DNA of 64,000 nt from Octopus sinensis (lineage: Eukaryota), in contig NC_042997.1 in assembly GCF_006345805.1 (NCBI RefSeq), positions 15,066,001-15,130,000 of the forward strand, given 5' to 3'. Below are positions 50,450 to 62,205 of the stretch, one piece after another. The notes under the pieces are model-generated. The model was not told the origin of the DNA and did not search any database. It was given only the letters and a program-made list of their open reading frames with translations. Within the stretch, counting starts at the first letter, position 1, and every line of letters begins with the position of its first letter. A program made the translations under genes and the position numbers.

Positions 50450-50492
50450 TCTGCAGACATGTTTCAGGGTATTTGCCCTTTATCAATGCAGA
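50450..50492 (-). ncRNA. Type I hammerhead ribozyme A (U3-A8 core variant)
   Basis: TCTGCA-TTGATAA-AGGG(CAAATA)CCCT-GAAAC-AT-GTC|TGCAGA. Confidence 0.8.
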
Positions 50493-50810
50493 GTAGCCAG
50501 ATCCAGCAGGCATCGCTACTAACCGTCTGTTCGAAGGATTATTTACCTAATTTCAGTGGAATACATCCACTGGTTTTCAAAAATAGAAATATTAAAATTT
50601 CTACGTCTCTCTAAAGGAGACTACGGCAGCAGTACTGGATATTAATAGTTATCGCCAAGCTAATATGGTAGTCCATAAACATAAGACTAAAGCTGCCGTT
50701 GATTAGCTCCAAGAGGCCATCACCTCTAGCTAGCTATATGACACACGAACCTGTGTCCATTATAACCTTCGAACAGGAGAGGTCAGCAGCTTCATCTTGC
50801 TGGTCTGGCA

Positions 50811-50853
50811 TCCACAGACTAGTTTCGAGGAGTTCACCTCTTATCAATGTGGA
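50811..50853 (-). ncRNA. Type I hammerhead ribozyme B (U3-A8 core variant)
   Basis: TCCACA-TTGATAA-GAGG(TGAACT)CCTC-GAAAC-TA-GTC|TGTGGA. Confidence 0.8.
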
Positions 50854-51261
50854 GTAGCCGAATCCAGCCGGCGTCGCTGCTGACCGACTGTTCGAAGGAT
50901 TATTATTTGTGGTCAGACCAGCAAGGGGAAGCGGCTGACCTCCCCTGTTCAAAGGTTATAATGGACACAGGTTCGTGTGAGCTAGAGGCGATGGCCTCTT
51001 GGAGCTAATCAATGGCAGCTTTAGTCTTATATTTATGGACTACCATATTAGCTTGGCGATAACTATTAATATCCAGTACCGCTGCCGTAGTCTCCTTCAG
51101 AGAGACTTAGAAATTTTAATATTTCCATTTTAGTAAATTCTTCATTATTTCCAAAATTAAATAAAACAGAACAAAAGGATTAAACTATATAAAGTAGTTT
51201 TGGGTATAATGAGCAAGACAAAGGACAGAGAGGCCATAATTGGAATGTTGATCCAAATATT

Positions 51262-51493
51262 TATTTCTTTACTACCCACAAGGGGCTAAACACAGAGAGG
51301 ACAAACAAGGACAGACAAACGGATTAAGTCGATTATATCGACTCCAGTGCGTAACTGGTACTTATTTAATCGACCCCGAAAGGATGAAAGGCAAAGTTGA
51401 CTTCGGCGGAATTTGAACTCAGAATGTGAAGACAGACGAAGTACCGCTAAGCATTCCGTCTGGCGTGCTAACGATTCTGCCGGCTCGCCGCCT
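51262..51493 (-). mobile_element. SINE family C, intact, 10-bp TSD
   Basis: TCCAAATATT at 51252-51261 and 51497-51506. Confidence 0.85.
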
Positions 51494-51933
51494 TGGTCCA
51501 AATATTGTTTAAATGGCTTTAAGAACTATAAATATTATCCTCAGCTTTGAAGATTTTTTTAAAAAGTCACTGATGTTTAGCTCTGATTTTATAATGCTAA
51601 ACAAAAGAGAGATAAGTCTTCTCTTGAATAAGATAGTGATCTATTGCAAATTACATGGTATCTTACCGTCACAGTTGGGTCAACTGAAATACATAGATTT
51701 ATAAGATTTTTACTCAAATGCACAACATTCCTTTTACTTGTTAAAATGTAGATTTATCCATTCAGCTTACCAAAAGCTTATCTGCTATGGAAACAATTCT
51801 AACTGTAAACCACAGAAAATATTGTCTTCTAAAATATATTTACTTTTAGTATTAATTACAGGAAAATTGGGAAAAAAAAAAGATTTTTTTTTTGTCATTT
51901 TATTTGATTTATCTTGTGTTGATAATTTTCTAG

Positions 51934-52105
51934 TTATTTTCCCTGCAAGTATTTGGCAAGAAAAACAAACCTCTGAATGCTGAGCAAATATACAAACAAC
52001 TGAAGACTATCAAGTCTGAATCAAAGCATCCTACTTCACCTGTTGGAATTTTAACTTCAGAAAATCGAAATGCATGGGCCAAAATCCATAAAAAATTGAT
52101 GAAAG
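51934..52105 (+). CDS. CRAT: CRAT exon (172 nt, phase 0/1): LFSLQVFGKKNKPLNAEQIYKQL...PVGILTSENRNAWAKIHKKLMK
   Basis: ttttctAG|...AAAG|GTATTT; PVGILTS..R..WA family motif. Confidence 0.92.
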
Positions 52106-52403
52106 GTATTTCATTTTAATATTCTCCCAGTAGATGCCTGCACTTAATTTTCAGTTAGCACACTTAATGACAGACCTTGCAGCTTTTGATTATGTCTGAT
52201 CACACCAGTATTGACTTTGTCTTTCATCTACTTGGTTTGTGTGTGTGTGTGTGGGGGGGGTTCAATAAAATAAGTACCAGTCACGTAATGAGGTTAATAT
52301 AACTGACTACACCCCCACCTTCAAAATTTGTGGCCTTATGCTCATAGTAGAAATCACACAGTTAGAATTTAGGCAGCTTGTTGAATCAGTTACGCCTAAA
52401 CAT

Positions 52404-52839
52404 CTTTTCTCTTTTACTGTTTCAGTCATTTGACTGCGGCCATGCTGGAGCACCGCCTTTAGTTGAGCGAATAGACCCCAGGACTTATTCTTTGTAAGCC
52501 TAGTACTTATTCTATCGGTCTCTTTTGCTGAACTGCTAAGTTACGGGGATGTAAACACACCAGCATCGGTTGTCAAGCGATGTTGGGGGGACAAACACAG
52601 ACACACAAACACATGCACACATATATGTGTGTGTGTGTGTGTGTGTGTGTTTGTATACATGCATATACATATATACGATGGACTTCTTTCAGTTTACATC
52701 TACCAAATCCACTCACAAGGCTTTGGTCAGACCGAGGCTATAGTAGAAGACACTTGCCCAAGGTGCCAAGCTGTGGGACTGAACCTGGAACCATGTGGTT
52801 GGTAAGCAAGCTACTTACCACACAGCCTCTCCTGCGCCT
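52404..52839 (-). mobile_element. SINE family A
   Basis: Similarity to family A. Confidence 0.85.
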
Positions 52840-53065
52840 AACATGTTTATGTTCTTTTCATGTTAATATTTGAAAATATTTGAAATGTAAAACTATCCTG
52901 CTTGCATACAAACTGTAAGTAGATTAAAAAAATTAATTTGAATGTAATTGTAGAAGTATGGTTACATTATTATGTATCATAGTAGAGCAGTTGTCATAAA
53001 TTGGTAACACATCAAATCTGGTCACTCCACACTACTATCAGATTTGCCATTCTGTGTTCCAACAT

Positions 53066-53292
53066 TTAACCCTTTAGTATTTAAACCAGCCATATCCGGC
53101 CAAAATAGTTAATCTGTTTTATGTTCAAACTGATCAGATCCAGGCTCTCACACCTATCCTACAATGTTATTCTACATTAAGTAATTACACCATCAAGATC
53201 TTGAAGATATGAGATAATGCATGATTAATTCAAATCAATGGGAATCAATAAGTATTATGTTTGATTGAATAATCTGAACACTAAAGGGTTAA
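53066..53292. mobile_element. piggyBac-type MITE (TTAA-CCCTTTAG...CTAAAGGG-TTAA)
   Basis: TTAA TSD, CCC...GGG termini, second copy at 61979-62205. Confidence 0.8.
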
Positions 53293-53928
53293 GTTCTATT
53301 GAGGGGAGGGGGTGACCTTGCACTTCATCCTTCTGTAATTGATGAGTAATGAACAGTAAAATAGTCTAATGGTCATCATCATCATCATTTAATGTTCATT
53401 TTCCCAGCTGCTTGAGTTGGATGGTTTGACAGGAGCTGATGAGCCAGAAGATTGTGCCAAGCTCCAGTGTTTGCTTTGGCATAGTTTCTACAGCTGGATA
53501 TTCTTTCTAACGCCAATCACTTTACTGAGTGAACTCAATGCTTTTTACACAGCACCAGCGAGGTCATCAAGTTAACTTTCTGGACAAAACCTCTTGAATA
53601 AGGCGATGTGTAATGGTTATATTAAGAATAAGACTTTCGTGCAATTAAAACATAAATAAACTGTTTTCTGTATGTATTTAGTTCATCTGTTAATTAGGGC
53701 TGTTTCAGTAGCTTGGGATGAAGGTCAATCTGACTGGCTTCTTTGTTATTAAACAGTTTATCATTATTTGCTTTTTTTTTTATTTCCAAACTGCAAATGA
53801 TAATGGTGGAAAGAAAGATATAAAGTAAACAAAATGGATGACTGATACAATACATTTTAATGAAGTTGATGATCTTACAGTTATTACTAAAGTACCAATG
53901 CAACATAAATTATCAACAGCAACAGCAG

Positions 53929-53963
<35 letters not shown>

Positions 53964-53964
53964 T

Positions 53965-54630
53965 ATATATCATCATCATCATCATTGTTTAACGCCCACT
54001 TTCCATGCTGGCATGGGTTGGACGATTTGACTGAGGTTTGGCGAACCAGATGGCTGCACCAGGCTCCAATCTGATCTGGCAGAGTTTCTACAGTTGGATG
54101 CCCTTCCTAACGTCAACCACTCCGATGGGTAGTGAGGCCAATCTGCACTCGAAAGAGTCTCTGACAGTGTGGACAGGGAATGGTAGTGCCTGCTACAGGG
54201 TTGTTAGCTCTGTTCTTCCTGGCTTGTCTGCAGTCTTCTGCAGCAGCGATCCTACTGGTCTCGCATGTGTTGGCACCCTTGTGGACAGCTGATCGCTACC
54301 CTTCTCTGTCTAGAGCAGACTGCGCCCAAGTGTCATGGTCGATGTTGAAGGGGGTGCTTTTATGTGCCACCGACACAAGGGCCAGTTAGGTGGTACTGGC
54401 TACAACCATACTCAAATGGTGTTCTTTATGTTCCACCTGCACAGGAGCCAGTCCAGCGGCACTTGCAACGACCTCGCCCGAATGTTTTTTTACGTGCCAC
54501 CTGCACAAGTGCCAGTAAGGCAATGCAGGTAACGATCATGCTTGTATGGTGCCTTTTACATGGAAGCCAGTTAGCTGCTTTGGCAACGATCATGCTCAGA
54601 TGGTACTCTTAACGCTCCACTTGCACGGAT
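53965..54630 (-). mobile_element. Family E repeat interrupted by an inverted RTE segment (54124-54351)
   Basis: E sequence resumes on both sides of the insert. Confidence 0.75.
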
Positions 54631-55229
54631 GCCAATTATGGTGATGGCACAGGCATGGTTGTGTTGTTGAGAATCTTACTTTCCAGCCTTGTGGTTTTGG
54701 GTTCAGTCCTACTGTACTGCATCTTGGACAAGTGTCTTCTACTATAGCCCCAGATCTTTTAAATGGGTTTAGTTGACAGAAATTGAAAGAAACCTGTTGT
54801 GTGTGTGTGTCCTTGTCTTGACATCATGTGATGATTGTAATTGAACTTCACCATCATACAAGCAATGTTGTTCATGTCCAGTCTTCTAGAAAAAAAAAAT
54901 GTCTTACCATAGAAAAATTTTGCCTTGCTTAGAAAACAGGCAAGGGTTTGTGATAGGAAGGATACTAAGCAATACAAAATCTGTGTCAGCAAATTCCACC
55001 TGATCCTTACAAGCATGGAAAAGTTGACATTAAAACAATGATGATGACTATATATATTTATGGATTTGTCTCCATGTGTCTTGGGGTCTTGTGCTGAAAT
55101 AACAGTGAGACTGGTTAATTTGATTTTAATGGCAAAGCTCCTGAAAAAGCCCCAAGGGACCTAATTTTACTGTGATACTAAATGTGGATATGACACTGTT
55201 TATTCTTAATCCAAGCTGTATTGTCACTC

Positions 55230-55872
55230 TAGTAATAATCAGCGTTGTGAGTAATAATCAGCATTGTTCTCACAGTGCTGCTTTATGACTGCGAGTCCTG
55301 GACAATCTACTAGCATCATGCCAGGAACTGAACCACTTTCATGCAATATGCCTCAGAAAACTTCTCGGCATAAAGTGGCAGGACAGGATCCCGGACACTG
55401 AGGTACCAATACATGCTAACCTGCCCAGCATCCATACCATCTTGATGCAGTCTCAGCTTTGCTGGGCAGGGCATGTAGCTCGCATGTCTGACGATCAATT
55501 ACCAAAAAGATTGCTCTTTAGCAAGCTGCAAAAGGGAAAGTGCTCACAAGGCGGCCAGAAGAAGCACTTTAAGGACACACTGAAAGCCTTCAACATCGAC
55601 CATGACACTTGGGAGCAGTCTGCTCTAGACAGAGAAGGGTAGCAATCAGCTGTCCACAAGGGTACCAACACATGCGAGACCAATAGGATCGCTACTGCAG
55701 AAGACTGCAGACAAGCCAGGAAGAACAGAGCTAACAACCCTGTAGCAGGTGCTACCATTCCCTGTCCACACTGTCAGAGACTCTTTCGAGTGCAGATTGG
55801 CCTCACTACCCATCTGTGGACTCACAAAACAAGCCCACTCCCACCCCAGGATGACTAGATGGTCTTTATCGC
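55230..55872 (+). pseudogene. RTE LINE 3' fragment
   Basis: MQSQLCWAGHVARMSDDQLPKRLLFSKLQKGKCSQGGQKKHFKDTLK and terminal CPHCQR.F...IGL..H. Confidence 0.85.
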
Positions 55873-56640
55873 ATTGACGGACAAACTGCATATAGTAATA
55901 ATCAAGAGAAAGCAATTATATATTTACTGAGGATGAAGTTGGTACAAATAATATCAAAACTAGTAGGATGCATTTTTGTATCAAGTCTGATGTGCCATTG
56001 TTCTGTAATCAATTCCTGCTAATTCACTGTTATCTTTTCTTTAGCTCAATGAAGTGAGTGCCAATAAATTTATGGGATTCAATCAATTTTACAATATTTG
56101 TATATTTATTTGTTAGTGTCATGCATGCTAAGTATAGGGATGTTTTGTGAGATTTAGCAACATGTTCAGATATAAGTTTAACAAGCTGCAGGTGTCTATC
56201 AGGGTTTAGTTCTCAGACCTCTATTTATTAGTTTTCTAAGCCATAATGGAAAAGTTTGAGACTAGCTGTCAATGAGAACTCCTGTATGATAACAAGCTAG
56301 TCCTCAGAGTCAAATAAATCAAGGAATTAGAAGGAAGAGGCCTATAGTAAATTTTAGCATAGTCTAAAGTTTTTGTTGGCAACAAGGAATATAGAGCATT
56401 ATAGTCATCTGTGAAGTACTCTGCTCAATATGCAGAAAAGGAGTTTGCACAAATGATGCAGTCAGGTCATAAGCAAGGTAGCAGCAGAGAATGACTTCAT
56501 TAATAATGTTAGTAGTAGAAGAATTGTTAGCAGTAAGATCACTCATAAAATAATATCTTTTGATAATTCATGACATGGTGATGTCTGATCTTAGAATCCT
56601 GGACCTCCCGAAAGAGACAATAAAAAAAATGAATAAATGT

Positions 56641-56875
56641 GCCCTTTTAAAGCCTAGCCAGGCTCATGGGTTCGGTTTCCCGGTTTCTATAGCGTATGTG
56701 TTCCCCAGCTGGATGGGACGCCAGTCTATCGTAGTGTTATTCATTTTTGCCAGCTGAGTGGACTGAAATGAAGTGTTTTGCTCAATAACACAACGCATCG
56801 CCTGGTCCAGGAATTGAAACCACAGTCTTACGATCATGGTGCTGACACCCTAACCACTTAGCCACGCGCCTCCAC
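56641..56875 (-). mobile_element. SINE with a distinct tRNA head and tail type c
   Basis: Minus strand GGCGCGTGGCTAAGTGGTTAGGGTG head; tail shared with 36637-36730. Confidence 0.65.
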
Positions 56876-57756
56876 GAAGGAGATGATGCTGACTACAAGT
56901 AGTGAGATGCTGTGTTGAAGACTTGGCCAACACATGTCAGCATGGAAAAAACATAAACTGATGATGATGATGATGATTATAATTAATCTGACTTTGGTGC
57001 AAGGCAATAAATTTTATTAAAATACTGAATTGTTTTGATTTAGCCCAAAACCTATTTAAAGGTTATAGTTGTTTAAATGAACTTTAATTCTATAAATAAA
57101 AAAAAAAGAACTAAATCAACTCTACCGTGATTTTATCTCAGAATGTAGGGAAATAAACTAAAAACTGTAAGTTTGACTTTCCACCATCTTTGCCAAAAAT
57201 GAAAGCCTCTATGTGGTTGCTCAAGCTGCTAGTAATAGCAGCGAAATTTCTCTGAAAGCATACCCAACCATCTTCAAGATAAGATCATATCAGATAATGA
57301 AGTCCATCCGTTTTCATCAATATTTAGATTACAAATCTTGGTTTTGAACATAATCCATGGTGGCTTGACAGGATATTCAGTTGGGAATACTCTCACTATT
57401 TTAAATAGTCCTTTATTAACAGGAGGACTGTAGGACACTAATAGGCAGTTTGAAATAAGTAATTATTGCTATCAACAACAATTGTTATAATTAATAGCCT
57501 GTTGTTCTACAACAGACTGAACTTTTAACTTCCTTTAAGTACACTCTTTGCATTGCTAAGCTCTCATTTAGAAGGAGAAAAAATTCCCTCCAAAATATTC
57601 TATTTATAGGTACAGGCATGGCTGTGTGGTAAGAAGCTTGCTTACCAACCACACGGTTCTGGGTTCAGTCCCACTGCTTGGTACCTTGGGAAAATGTCTT
57701 TTGGGCTGTCCAAAACCTTGTGAGTGGATTTGGTAGACAGAAACTGAAAAAAGCCC

Positions 57757-57791
<35 letters not shown>

Positions 57792-58095
57792 CCCTGGTGA
57801 AGGCTATTTATGGGGTTACCCTGGGTTTCCTGTCCATAAAGGGTTTAACCTTATGGTGTATTGTCAGGTCCCAAGACCTGTTGACCTATGATCTCTTTAA
57901 AATATGGAGGGGAAGTGTTGTTGTAGGACCCCAAAAAGAAAAAAAAGAAAAAATAAGACTTTTCCCCCACTTCATATTTTAAAGAGATCATAGGCCAACA
58001 GGTCTTAGGGTCTGACAATACACCATATGGATGGGAAACTCTACTTCTTTGTGTGCTTCTTCTCTGTATTCATGTTTTTCTAAAGACGATATGTG

Positions 58096-58136
<41 letters not shown>

Positions 58137-58299
58137 TTGATGCCAAGCCCGCCTGACTGGCTTCTGTGATGGTGGCACATAAAAAGCACCCACTACACTC
58201 TTGGAGTTGTTGGCATTAGGAAGGGCATCCAGCTGTAAAAACATTGCCAGATCAGATTGGAGCCTGGAAACAGCATGGAAAACAGATGTTAAATGATGA

Positions 58300-59330
58300 T
58301 TTGTCTGCCTTCCTACTCATTAAGACTTTGGTTTTAGCTAGGCTGACTCTAAGGCCCTTTGATTCTAATCCTTGCCTCCACACCTGAAACCTCTCCTCTA
58401 GTTCTGATAATGACTCAGCAATTAGAGCAAGGTCATCAACATAGAGGAGCTCCCAGGGGCATCCTGTCTTGAATTCCTCTATTATTGTCTGGGGTACTAT
58501 GAAGAGGGGGCTGAGGACTGATCCTTGGTGGATCCCTACCCCTACCCGGAATTCTTCACTGTACTCGTTGCCAACCTTCACCTTACTGACAGCATCCCTG
58601 TACATGGCTTGCACAGCTCTCACTAGCCCTGATCCTGAAGTCGCTAACTACTAGTCTATGTTGTGGGGTACATTCTTCGCCTGGGAAGGTTTTGGCATTT
58701 ATAAGTAGTCATCTTTCCCTTTTCCTGGCAAGGTTATAGTCAATTTAATTAGTGTGTCTACCAGATTGGTTGGTGACTAGGTGACTGGCAGATTTCCTGA
58801 AGTTAGTATTGCAAACTATAAGATCATTTGCAAGGCAGAACTCCAGCAGCCTGGTCCCTTCCTCATTGTGGGAACCAAAACCATAGCCTCCATGTATGCC
58901 ATGGAAGCCCCCTGCATGTTGTCCAACAGGCCCATTGAAGTCATCAGCCACAAAGAGAAGGTCCCTGTCATTCATCAACGAGGTAGTCTGCAAGAGGGTG
59001 TCATAAAATCGGTCTTTCTGTCCATCAGGTAGCCCCGGCTGAGGAGCATAGGCCAAGATAATGGTTACTAACCCATGATGTAGCACTAATTTAATCACAA
59101 GTATTCTATCGCAGACACTGACTACCTCAATTACCTTATCAACCCATTTCTCCACAAGAAGTATAACCACGCTCCTGACCCCGTCAGTGTTCCCTGCCCA
59201 GAAAATCTTGTACCTATTTTCTTTGCCTGTGAGGAACCTAGCAGAACCTCCTCTCCACCTTACTTCTTGGATGCAGCCCAAATTTACGCATCTCTGTTCA
59301 AGCATCCGTCTCCGTTCAAATGTTCTGAGA
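58300..59330 (-). pseudogene. RTE LINE fragments: RT region (58300-58640) and APE endonuclease (58745-59330), rearranged or deleted between
   Basis: GIHQGSVLSPL, LLYVDDLALIA; CIQEVRWRG, AYAPQPG, DDFNGPVG, NEEGTRLLEFC. Confidence 0.8.
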
Positions 59331-59956
59331 ATGATTTCTGTTTCATTTTTTTTTTCCATTCCATTATGAACATACACGTTATGGTTATAAATGGTCATAT
59401 GTTTTTATTGTGTCCATTCATGTATTGAATTATTCATTGTAAACTAATACTTCTTGTAATTTTCTTAACCTAACGCAGTCAAGTGGTTAGTAATAAGAGC
59501 ATCTAGCTGTAAAAAAAATTATTATTTCAACAAATATAAATGTCAGACAATGTTCTTCATAAAATAAGGCGGTAAGCTGGCAGAATAGTTAGCATACTGG
59601 GCAAAATGCTTAGCGGTATTTTGTCCAGTGCTATGTTCTGAGTTCAAATTCTGCCGAGGTCAACTTTGCCTTTCAACCTTTTGGCGTTGATAAATTAAGG
59701 ACCAGAGTCTTTGTGCCTAGAGTAGAAAAGAATATTCTTTAAAAAATATAGAAATTATGGCTGTTATGTAAAGTTGCTTCTCTTTTTTTTTTATATTTTC
59801 CTTTTATTTATATTTTTGGGGTTTATAAAATTCTGATTGAAAACAAGACTTTTATCATTTTTCTGATAATAAATTCTTTCTGTTCTTATAGAATACTACT
59901 CCTATATCTGTGACAGTGCTGCAACTAATTGCAGATGTGCTTTCATTTTACTTCAG

Positions 59957-60138
59957 ATAAAAAGAACCAAGCTTCTTTACAGTCTATTCAAAATAGTCTT
60001 TTTGTGTTATGTTTGGATAAACCTATGCCATTGATACAAGATCCTGTCGCAAAAATGTCTATGGCTGGTGGAATGATGCTTCATGGAGGAGGAAGTGAAA
60101 TGAATACTGGAAACCGATGGTTTGATAAAACCTTACAG
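59957..60138 (+). CDS. CRAT: CRAT exon (182 nt, phase 1/0): DKKNQASLQSIQNSLFVLCLD...MLHGGGSEMNTGNRWFDKTLQ
   Basis: cttcAG|...CAG|GTAACT; LHGGG...GNRWFDKTLQ matches CRAT. Confidence 0.95.
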
Positions 60139-61978
60139 GTAACTTGGCTATTTATTGAAGTATTTTACTCTTGTTTCTGTGTTTTAAAATGCATGTTTTT
60201 TTTATCATTATTTAGTGGTACCAGCTTTCTGTAGAAAGCACTGATTCTGGTCTCATTGCTATGGTCAAGCAACTTTGCAATAATAAACTTTTACAATTTG
60301 AGTGTGGCCTTAAAGATTCACTGAATATGTCTTTGTTTTGTATGATCTAAAAGCCAATATAATGTTATGTCTTAGTGTGATCTGATAAGTCTCCAAACCT
60401 ATATAAATAGTGCATTATTTTTCTCCTTGATGTATTTTGGTTTGTGATTGAATAAACTTTCTTCTATTTTGAAAGTTTCATGAAATTTTATACAGGTATC
60501 CTCCATGTTTTGGAAGTGTTGCATTTGTGAAAATCTTGATGTAACATATTTCCATATAACATGGGTTTAAATTATGGAATTCCACATTATGACAAAATTT
60601 TCAGGAATGCAAATTTTTAGTGGTGTGGGTGCTGACTGTAGTTGCTTTCTTGCTTAAAGATATTTCCAGCAAAAATTTTTCCTAGAATATCTTTAAGCAG
60701 AACTTCAATTAGACTTCATTCACCTATTTTAAAAGCCAATGTAGAATTGTTTATTTCATTTATTAAGTTATATTGCCGAGAAATTAAAACTCAAAAGTTA
60801 TACTAAATTAAATCAAAAACGAAGGGTGTATACATGTTTGTATTTTAAACAAAGTGAACTAGGAAAATATTAAACACTGCATATATTAACTCTATTTCCT
60901 CTACAGAAAGATAATTGTTCTTATTCCTCTTTCATACTTTTGCCTCTCAACACTTGGCATAAGCCACTTCTCAATAACAACACCCCTCTGAAGCTACTTG
61001 TCTTGCAAGCTACTTTTTTTGCAAGCTACTTGGCAATCTCACTAGTACCAGTGACACAGAAAAGCACCCAGTGTAATCTGTAGAGTGGCTGGCATTTGAT
61101 AGGCATCCAACTATAAAAAGCATGCCAAAACTGACATTGGATCTTGATACAGACCTCTGACCTCTCAAATCCTGTTAAACATTCAATACATACCAGCATG
61201 GAGTACAGATGCCAAATGATGAATAACTTAGATTTTTATTCTTAGTCATATGTGTACTCTTTACCAGAAAGATGAGAAGTAAAACAAAAGAAACCAAGAG
61301 TGCTTACTAAGTGAAGTAAACTTTAATCAACTAAAATGACACTCCAAGTGATGAAACTCATTTTCTAAATGAGTCTGTTAAGGTCAGAGGGAGACAATCC
61401 CAGAATTCAATGGGAATTAAGTCTGATCTTTAGCTGTAATGTGACAACTCTGAATATGCTTCTGTTTTAAAACCTCATCATGAAAAAGGAAAATAGTCTA
61501 ACCAACTGTAGGTTCTACTGCTGAGTAGGCCACCAACATTAGCTACAGGGATGGTATCAATCCAGTCACCTGAGTATTTGGCACTAGCAGACAGTAAACA
61601 GCACCTTGGAAACCGGTCGAATTGGATGAAGAGGGAGTTGAAGGTGGCTTTCGAAATTATGTTGTCTCAAGCTCTCTGACTCCGACAGTCCTTCACATTC
61701 TCAGGAGCAGATAAGCCCAATTCCCTCCAGTGTTGGAGAGCTTCATCCAACTCCCTTTTGGAACTGGTCTTCCATTCTTCAAATAACCTTACTTAGGCCT
61801 GCACTTGGAAGAGAGCACTCCAGTTGTCACCTCACTGTGCTCTACTAACACAAACTGAAAATAGACTCTCCAAGAGCAGATTCGTGGTCTCATGAGACAT
61901 ACAGATAACAAAGATATCTGCTTATGACTGCTAAATATCAGAATGGTTGAAGAGAGAGAAAAAGAGCTATAGATATTT

Positions 61979-62205
61979 TTAACCCTTTAGTATTTAAACC
62001 GGCCATATCCGGCCAAAATAGTTAATCTGTTTTATGTTCAAACTGATCAAATCCAGGCTCTCACACCTACCCTACAATGTTATTCTATATTAAATAATTA
62101 CACCATCAAGATCTTGAAGATATGAGATAATGCATGATTAATTCAAATCAATGGGAATCAAAAGGCATTATGTTTGATAGAATAATCTGAACGCTAAAGG
62201 GTTAA
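61979..62205. mobile_element. piggyBac-type MITE, second copy
   Basis: Highly similar to 53066-53292; TTAA flanks. Confidence 0.8.

Larger units (their letters stand above)
50280..51125 (-). mobile_element. Non-coding double-hammerhead cassette (retrozyme/Penelope-pLTR-like): two direct 361-bp-period units plus one inverted partial unit, 13-bp TSD
   Basis: TSD CATTTTAGTAAAT at 50267-50279 and 51126-51138; direct repeats 50278-50545 and 50639-50905; inverted copy 50913-51125 of 50586-50805. Confidence 0.8.
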
